From a virus (Duplodnaviria; Caudoviricetes), in the IMG/VR virus record IMGVR_UViG_3300045738_001464, positions 1 to 59,968 of that record: 59,968 bases of DNA. One strand, written 5' to 3'. Positions 54,321-59,968 of this stretch are shown here, piece by piece. The stretch's first letter is position 1. Each line of letters begins with the position of its first letter. The position numbers and the translations under genes are program-made. A model generated the notes under the pieces. The model searched no databases and was not told the DNA's origin. It saw nothing but the letters and a program-made list of their open reading frames with translations.

Positions 54321-55097
54321 TCAATTCGCTATTTCTAAATGCTTGAATTTTTTTACCAAGAATTTTACCAATTCAGACCTCATGATATCATCTTCATCGA
54401 AACTGAAAGTTCGAATTCCCATTGCTTGACTCTCTTGATCAGTAAATAGCTTATACATAGCCTCAAAAGCACCTATGTTATGAGATCCTCTAAGATCCGT
54501 TTGCATTGGATCAGCTAAAATAAAGCATATACTGTTTTCACCCATACGAGTTAAAACAGTAATAATTTCTTTAGCGGTAGAGTTTTGAGCTTCATCCAAA
54601 ATGATGCATTTTGCATCCCAATGGAGTCCCCTTGCGAAATTAACGGGGAACATGGAGATTCTCCCTTCCTGTTCAAGTTTTTCCGCTCTTGTGGAGGCAA
54701 GCAGTTCCTCCAGCTTGTCCAGAAATGGTAAATTATAAAACCTTAATTTATCTTCTGCGGAACCGGGAAGGTAGCCCAAGCTCTTCTCTGACGATTCTAC
54801 GGCTGATCTCAGATACATTATATCTGATATAACCTTCATGTTAAGTAATTGAAGACCACAGTACACTGACAATAACGTTTTTGCCGTACCGGCAGGGCCA
54901 TTTACAAACATTACCTTTGTGCCACGAGCAAGCGCTACTTTAAAAAAATCCTTTTGATGCTCAGTCCAAGGAAATTGTTTTACCTTGATTTGTCTTTTAA
55001 TTGGGTTTTCAACATAAGGCATTGATAGTGCTTCATTGATTTCTTCTGCGGTATCTGCCGCAAGCTTTGCGCGTGAGGCTTTATTTGATCTTGCCAT
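54321..55097 (-). CDS. phoH: PhoH-like ATPase
   Basis: GPAGTAKT, LGYLPG, RG, ILDEAQN, LTRMGE, DPMQTD, DIMRS; GTGTAA at 55109-55114. Confidence 0.92.
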   Translation of the reverse strand: MARSNKASRAKLAADTAEEINEALSMPYVENPIKRQIKVKQFPWTEHQKDFFKVALARGTKVMFVNGPAGTAKTLLSVYCGLQLLNMKVISDIMYLRSAVESSEKSLGYLPGSAEDKLRFYNLPFLDKLEELLASTRAEKLEQEGRISMFPVNFARGLHWDAKCIILDEAQNSTAKEIITVLTRMGENSICFILADPMQTDLRGSHNIGAFEAMYKLFTDQESQAMGIRTFSFDEDDIMRSELVKFLVKKFKHLEIAN

Positions 55098-55114
55098 ACT
55101 ACCGTTGTTTACAC

Positions 55115-55720
55115 TTATTTCTTGAATAATTCGTATCCAGCCTCTTTATCAAATCTTTCATTAGCTGTATCCTTGCATTGTATTAACGGTATAAAAGACG
55201 TTCCATTTAGATATTCAAAAGATTCATCACAAATATCAAAACCTATTGTTATCCTGAAGTCGTCATAGTCTTCCAAAACTTCAACTTTGTGTTTTCTATG
55301 CCCCTTACCTAAATAAATATTTCCTATCTCGTTTTTAATACTATAATTTTCAAAAATAGTCCGAGAATTTTTGGGGTCTATACAAATATATCCATGATAA
55401 GGCCACTTATGATTGTGCCAATCTAAAACATCGTCTTTAGAATGAAAATTCAACCAACTTTGAAACCAATATCTATTACCATCATTAAAATATTTCAAAA
55501 GAAATTCTACTAACTCCAAAAAAATCTCATAATACAATACTGAAGGAGAAGAAAGTGCAAAAATGTTATATTTATAATAATTCCAAGTAGAATCATCATT
55601 GTTAAACTCGTCTTGGTACTTTTTGTAAATTTTATATGTTTCTTGTACAATCTCGTGATGATTATTTATTATAAATTCAGATTTCTCTATGGCAAAATCC
55701 TTGTTACTACGTAATAACAT
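55115..55720 (-). CDS. Putative 2OG-Fe(II) oxygenase-like protein
   Basis: QSWLN, WHNH, distal H, RITIGFD; probable start 55720. Confidence 0.55.
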   Translation of the reverse strand: MLLRSNKDFAIEKSEFIINNHHEIVQETYKIYKKYQDEFNNDDSTWNYYKYNIFALSSPSVLYYEIFLELVEFLLKYFNDGNRYWFQSWLNFHSKDDVLDWHNHKWPYHGYICIDPKNSRTIFENYSIKNEIGNIYLGKGHRKHKVEVLEDYDDFRITIGFDICDESFEYLNGTSFIPLIQCKDTANERFDKEAGYELFKK

Positions 55721-55947
55721 TATGTACTCCAATTCATATATCCATAAACATTCATAATGACCAATGCAAAAGACATAACGGCAGTAGGATAAGCTTGTCT
55801 TTCTATACAATACAATCCAACTAGAGTATTACCTATAAGCCATATAGGCCAACAGTTATCATTCATATTAGCATTAAGATAATACCCATACAAAACTAAT
55901 ATGGCTCCTAGCCAACCTAAGGCATGATGTCTATAAAGTGTTTTCAT
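55720..55947 (-). CDS. Small membrane protein (PnuC-like three-helix unit)
   Basis: Three hydrophobic segments; WPIWLIGN, YGYMNW. Confidence 0.55.
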   Translation of the reverse strand: MKTLYRHHALGWLGAILVLYGYYLNANMNDNCWPIWLIGNTLVGLYCIERQAYPTAVMSFALVIMNVYGYMNWST

Positions 55948-56561
55948 ACTAGTCTTTGACTCTCCGGGCTATTAAGGAAACATCCTTTTTCGAATTCATA
56001 ACAACATTTCAAAAAGTCTTTATCTATTCCGAACCTAAGTCTTAACCCCTTTAGGGAGTATCCTTCGTATTTTTTAAAATCAAATTCAGACAAATCAACC
56101 AAACATCTTTTCCCAGCTTCTAAAGCTATGTTAAATACCAACCTTTCCTCTTCGCTGAATTTATAACCTTCCGGATATAAATGCTTTGCACAAAACATAA
56201 ACAAATTTTTTCTCCATCGAAACATTTTTTTCGTACTTCCCATAGTATAGCCTATTACAAACGCTTCGTCTTTAAGTAAAATTCCACGACCCAAAAGAAT
56301 ATGTATGCAATCATGAGTATGAAGATCTACATTTCCAGCAAAAAGCCCAATATCATATTTTGGATTTTCTACCAGCTTAATTACCAAAGGAATATCACCC
56401 TGACTTAGTTTAAACGGAGCCATACTATCAAGTGCCTGTCCAAGAGTTAAAAATGAATCATGCTTTAGGGGCACATGCCATTTTTCTGCTCTTTTTTGAG
56501 CAATTTGTTTTTGGTGCTCTTTTTCTGCTTTGGCATACTTTCTATGTTGTCTGGGAGTCAT
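55944..56561 (-). CDS. Coq4-like metal-binding protein
   Basis: HDCIHILLG...DE resembles the Coq4 HDxxH-x(10-11)-E motif. Confidence 0.5.
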   Translation of the reverse strand: MTPRQHRKYAKAEKEHQKQIAQKRAEKWHVPLKHDSFLTLGQALDSMAPFKLSQGDIPLVIKLVENPKYDIGLFAGNVDLHTHDCIHILLGRGILLKDEAFVIGYTMGSTKKMFRWRKNLFMFCAKHLYPEGYKFSEEERLVFNIALEAGKRCLVDLSEFDFKKYEGYSLKGLRLRFGIDKDFLKCCYEFEKGCFLNSPESQRLV

Positions 56562-57073
56562 ACAAAGGCTCCTTTTTTGAAATCCATTAATACAATTATT
56601 CTTTTTTCCTCGGTATAATTTCGGGCCTCGTGTTCTATTGTGTCATCAAAGATTAATAATTTGTCATTTTCCCATAGTCTTTTCTGTCCTCCTACTTTTA
56701 ACCAACAATTTTCAGAATCTTTTGGTACAACAAGAGGTAAGTGGACTCTATAGACAGGTTCATCTTCAGATTGGCCTACGTGTGGATAAATTTCGGCTCC
56801 CGGTTCAAATATACTATAATATGCAGAGAAAATATGATCAAGTTTCCTGAGAAGAGCTTCTGATTTCTTACATGGGTGATTATATTTTTTTCTTCCCCAT
56901 CTATTTTTAAAAACAAATGGAAATAAATACCATTTTTTATTGTTAAGCAAAATATCGTCCTGATATTCAGGATATTGAAAGAAAGAAGAAATATTTCCAT
57001 ATTCTTCAAGAAAAATATGAGAATTATCTAAAAGTAAATCCTTATAAATAAATTTTTCCTGATCAATAAACAT
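56558..57073 (-). CDS. Aspartyl/asparaginyl beta-hydroxylase-family (LpxO-like) dioxygenase
   Basis: SIFEPGAEIYPH, RVHLPL, FDDTIEHEARN, RIIVLMD. Confidence 0.85.
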   Translation of the reverse strand: MFIDQEKFIYKDLLLDNSHIFLEEYGNISSFFQYPEYQDDILLNNKKWYLFPFVFKNRWGRKKYNHPCKKSEALLRKLDHIFSAYYSIFEPGAEIYPHVGQSEDEPVYRVHLPLVVPKDSENCWLKVGGQKRLWENDKLLIFDDTIEHEARNYTEEKRIIVLMDFKKGAFV

Positions 57074-57102
57074 AATTATTCCAAAAATTAATCTTACCCC
57101 CG

Positions 57103-57882
57103 CTATTTAACCAAATCATTGTACCCATGATAGACTTCTAGGTCTATACTAAGCAAATTTTCCAAATCTTTTCTTCTGTATGTCTCTTTCTTTGATATCG
57201 ATGACTCCCTTGCTATCCTTCCCCTGTATGGAATGTCAATTTCAAGCATCTGATTCAAAATTTCTATGGATTTTTTCATTTTTTCAACAATTCCAACAAA
57301 ATTATAACAAACAGGGTTCTTGGAACGATATACCTGCTCAACCAAATAATATTTAACACCATTAAACTTAACTTCAATTTGCCCCGAATTCTCAATAAAG
57401 CAATCAATAAACTCTTCGAGTGATTTATCAACGAATCCACTGAAAGCACAAGTCGCCAAATTTTTAGATCTGGTTGTTTCGCTCTCTTCCATAGCTCTTT
57501 GGTAGTCAAATTTTGCAAAATGATAAAGATCATACAATCGGTCCACCGGATTTTTCATAAAGGTAAACAAAAAGTCATCCTTTTTTAAATCTAACCGATT
57601 TTTACTAAAAACTCCATAAAGGTATTCAATATCCGCCGGATTTTTTCCTTCCAATCCGTTTTTTTCAATGGATGCCTGTTCCATGTTTGGCTCATAACAA
57701 GATTTTCTAGGTAATTTTTGATCTAAAGGGTAAACAACGATTTCGTCTTCCACAGATTGCTCAAAATCGTCTGCGAATGGTTCAAGAGGGAAATGAAAAT
57801 GATAAAGCTGCTTATAATTCGGTCTCAAGAGAAGATTCAGGAGAGGATACTCTCTAACGGGATGTGCGTAAAATATAATCAT
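57103..57882 (-). CDS. Sulfotransferase-like protein (divergent)
   Basis: TFMKNPVDRLYDLY, YNFVGIVE, DLEVY; no clear 5'-PSB loop. Confidence 0.55.
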   Translation of the reverse strand: MIIFYAHPVREYPLLNLLLRPNYKQLYHFHFPLEPFADDFEQSVEDEIVVYPLDQKLPRKSCYEPNMEQASIEKNGLEGKNPADIEYLYGVFSKNRLDLKKDDFLFTFMKNPVDRLYDLYHFAKFDYQRAMEESETTRSKNLATCAFSGFVDKSLEEFIDCFIENSGQIEVKFNGVKYYLVEQVYRSKNPVCYNFVGIVEKMKKSIEILNQMLEIDIPYRGRIARESSISKKETYRRKDLENLLSIDLEVYHGYNDLVK

Positions 57883-58606
57883 AGTTAGCTATATGAGGGG
57901 TAGAGTAAGAAAGAACTCCCCCCCCGAACTGGAAACGGAGAGGGAGCCCTAGACCACTCCATAGGGAGGTAAAACTCCACTTCGCTTGAAAACAGTGTTG
58001 CTACAAGCGCCATAACAGCAATCCGCTATAATATAGCAACATATTACAAGATTGCAAATGAAAAGACCTTTAAAAAAAGTACCCCCCCGGTTTTTTTTGA
58101 GTTGAATCATTTATGGTATGATCAAATCCATTTTAAATTTGTTTAAATTTAAATTGGGGCTATATGAGAAGACGTAAAGGGGAAGACGGATTATCGCTCG
58201 GGGAGACTGAAAAATACCCCCCCGCGCCACTATGTGATTATACGTGCGTTCCTATTTCGAGTAACAGGGGGGACGGGGATGGGGGGGGTATTTAGAATGA
58301 TTCTAATTCTCATTAGGCGTGAATTATTTTCATAATAAACATCGACACGGGGAGGGCATTGCCCTAAAATTTTGGAAGTGAGGGCGGGGAGAAATCCGCT
58401 GGTGAGGTTAAAAGCCACCGACACCTTAACACGGAGCGAGACACGGATTGCCACTGGTCATCAAAGGATTCTGCGAAAGCGAAAAGCGAAAGCGTCAAAC
58501 TCATTCGAACCGAGCCGGAGCAAACCAATGCCACGAAGGGGAGGGACGAATCAAAGAACAAGTTTCAAAAAATAAACACACTACAAAAACAAAGGACTAA
58601 AATATT

Positions 58607-58840
58607 ATGACAGCAAATGAAATCACACTGACGAAAATCATCACTGACTCCATCGGAAGGCTAACGCCTCCGCCATCTCGCAAGAGAGACTATAATCCGC
58701 ACATCGTTGCGATACGTGAAAATATGCAGGACAGGTTAGACCAGTTCGAAACGAATGAGGCGCGGGAAATACTCCCCACCGATTCCGACACAGTGGCCGA
58801 AATGAAATTAGCCGCAGCGTTTCCGGAACTCTATAACTAA
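58607..58840 (+). CDS. Hypothetical protein (77 aa)
   Basis: AAAGGA upstream; followed by a hairpin. Confidence 0.7.
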   Translation: MTANEITLTKIITDSIGRLTPPPSRKRDYNPHIVAIRENMQDRLDQFETNEAREILPTDSDTVAEMKLAAAFPELYN

Positions 58841-58850
58841 AACAAATCAC

Positions 58851-58872
58851 GGGGGAGGCGAAAGCTTCCCCC
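58851..58872 (+). terminator. GAAA-tetraloop hairpin (terminator or processing site)
   Basis: GGGGGAGGC-GAAA-GCTTCCCCC with only a short T tract. Confidence 0.6.
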
Positions 58873-58904
58873 CTTTCAACCGAAACACAAAACACACATA
58901 CAAA

Positions 58905-59591
58905 ATGAAACACAAAAAATACACAGTGACACCGAAAGCGAGTGTCGAAAAAATACTCACCTCAATCATCGGATGCCAGTTCATCCGGATGCAAACCAAA
59001 ACCAGCGCAGGACTCCGCAAGACGCGAGACGATGCAAACGGTAAACGATACAAACACGAGCACGGCGATATTCAAAAAATATCGGACGGGCAGTTTATCG
59101 TCGGTTTTCGATACGCAAACAGTTTGGCAAACCAAGCGAAACGCGAAGACAAGAAAATCGAATTCAACGTGCAACCTCGAATGTGGGGCGAACACGTTTC
59201 CGGCACTTGCCTCATCGAACACAAGGGCAGCGTGTACGTGGAAACGATACCGCAAAAATCGTTTTGGCATCGATACGTTGACGAAAACGGCGACCCGATA
59301 TGGCAGCCGGATATCCAAGACCTCATCGACCACAAAAACGCGAGGCGCGGCAAGAGCAGCACCCAAGCCAACCTCGAAGGCGAAGTGATTGTGAGAGATT
59401 ATAAATTGACCAACGTTTTATATCTCGTCGCGAATCACTACACGTTCGGCACGTTCGACCAGTACGCATCCGAAGCGATGGAAGACGAAGACGCAGTGAA
59501 CGTCGATAAGCAATGGGACGCACTCCGCGAATCGAATAACGATTTGTGGGCAATGGGGCAGCAGTCCGAATCGGACGGAATGCCTTGGTAA
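58905..59591 (+). CDS. Hypothetical protein (228 aa)
   Basis: Longest ORF of the GC-richer block; CA-rich leader; acidic C-terminus. Confidence 0.8.
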   Translation: MKHKKYTVTPKASVEKILTSIIGCQFIRMQTKTSAGLRKTRDDANGKRYKHEHGDIQKISDGQFIVGFRYANSLANQAKREDKKIEFNVQPRMWGEHVSGTCLIEHKGSVYVETIPQKSFWHRYVDENGDPIWQPDIQDLIDHKNARRGKSSTQANLEGEVIVRDYKLTNVLYLVANHYTFGTFDQYASEAMEDEDAVNVDKQWDALRESNNDLWAMGQQSESDGMPW

Positions 59592-59599
59592 ATCAAACG

Positions 59600-59621
59600 G
59601 GGGGAGGCGAAAGCCTCCCCC
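59600..59621 (+). terminator. GAAA-tetraloop hairpin, near-identical to 58851-58872
   Basis: GGGGGAGGC-GAAA-GCCTCCCCC, perfect 9-bp stem. Confidence 0.6.
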
Positions 59622-59644
59622 TAATTTTCGACCACACAAAAAAT

Positions 59645-59818
59645 ATGATGGAAAATCCAAACGCACTGAATGACCCGCAAAGCGAATTGCGTGACCTCAT
59701 TCAACTCACGCCGGAGCAGTTTGCACTGCTCACCAACACCAGCCCTTTTCGGACGAAGGGGCTGCGAGACAAACTCACGAAGCGAATCAAAGTGAAGCGC
59801 GACACACCGCCGGACTAG
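59645..59818 (+). CDS. Hypothetical protein (57 aa)
   Basis: MMENPNALND...; start re-placed after the hairpin and CA-rich leader. Confidence 0.6.
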   Translation: MMENPNALNDPQSELRDLIQLTPEQFALLTNTSPFRTKGLRDKLTKRIKVKRDTPPD

Positions 59819-59832
59819 TCCTCCGGCACATC

Positions 59833-59869
59833 GGGACGGGGGGGGTTGTGTTCCTCCCGTCCCCCTTTT
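59833..59869 (+). terminator. Terminator-like hairpin
   Basis: GGGACGGG...CCCGTCCC followed by CCTTTT. Confidence 0.55.
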
Positions 59870-59880
59870 CCGCGCCCTAG

Positions 59881-59950
59881 ATAGTACGTACACGTACTAT
59901 ACGCACACGTATGATTTAGTACGTACACGTATGATACGTACACGTATGAT
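59881..59950. repeat. 15-bp repeat array (ACGTACACGTATGAT) with overlapping palindrome
   Basis: Exact copies at 59921 and 59936, variants at 59886 and 59901; ATAGTACGT-AC-ACGTACTAT inverted repeat at 59881-59900. Confidence 0.85.
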
Positions 59951-59968
59951 TTTTGGTTTGGGGGGGGG

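Noticed and set aside
57883-58110. Short minus-strand ORFs (42-53 codons) in the divergent gap
   Set aside because: Run through homopolymer tracts with no recognisable motifs; cannot be supported.
58942-59893. Overlapping alternative-frame and antisense ORFs in the GC-richer block
   Set aside because: Higher GC lengthens spurious ORFs; hairpins and leaders support only 58607, 58905 and 59645.
59881-59950. Terminal repeats as a mini-CRISPR
   Set aside because: Units are 15 bp and essentially adjacent, with no spacers.
1-59968. Alternative genetic code, tRNA or rRNA genes, integrase/transposase, introns or inteins
   Set aside because: Genes tile densely under code 11 using all three stops; no cloverleaf, recombinase or splicing motifs recognised by eye; terminase length is ordinary.
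59960-59968. Terminal poly-G run
   Set aside because: May be one of the local G tracts or a sequencing/contig-end artefact; uninterpretable at the window edge.

Overview
The window is about 60 kb of a large tailed dsDNA phage (Caudoviricetes; genetic code 11 fits; lipoprotein genes suggest a diderm host). Bases 1-57.9 kb are an almost unbroken minus-strand late/morphogenesis region. In transcription order it holds: modification enzymes and PhoH; a phage sigma factor; an ERCC4 nuclease; a 6-kb metabolic insert (HPPD/HglS-like dioxygenase, aldehyde dehydrogenase, ClpP, HAD, 2OG-Fe oxygenase, pyruvoyl decarboxylase, lysine 6-dehydrogenase-like); terminase, portal and a second tail-tube paralog; a tubulin/FtsZ GTPase; a holin/lipoprotein cassette; head protease-scaffold, decoration and major capsid proteins; a collagen-like fibre and LamG-like proteins; a radical-SAM/methyl/sulfo/glycosyltransferase cluster; neck, tail tube and chaperone genes; and a giant tape measure gene (10333 to <1, >3444 codons) that the ORF track misses. 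The most striking feature is a ~1500-residue insert in the tape measure protein. It is cut by about ten copies of an (A/S)GGH(I/V)PNF motif into mostly unrelated segments, including an HExxH zincin, a WYL/SH3-like domain and a possible PD-(D/E)xK nuclease, and may be an injected, processed polyprotein. A GTGTAA motif precedes many late genes. A bipartite TGCATTTC-N15-AAATGTAA variant precedes the tail tube gene and a nested scaffold start. After ~58.2 kb the strand and base composition switch to a GC-richer block with repeated GAAA hairpins and a terminal 15-bp repeat array. All family assignments come from motif recognition by eye, not from database searches.
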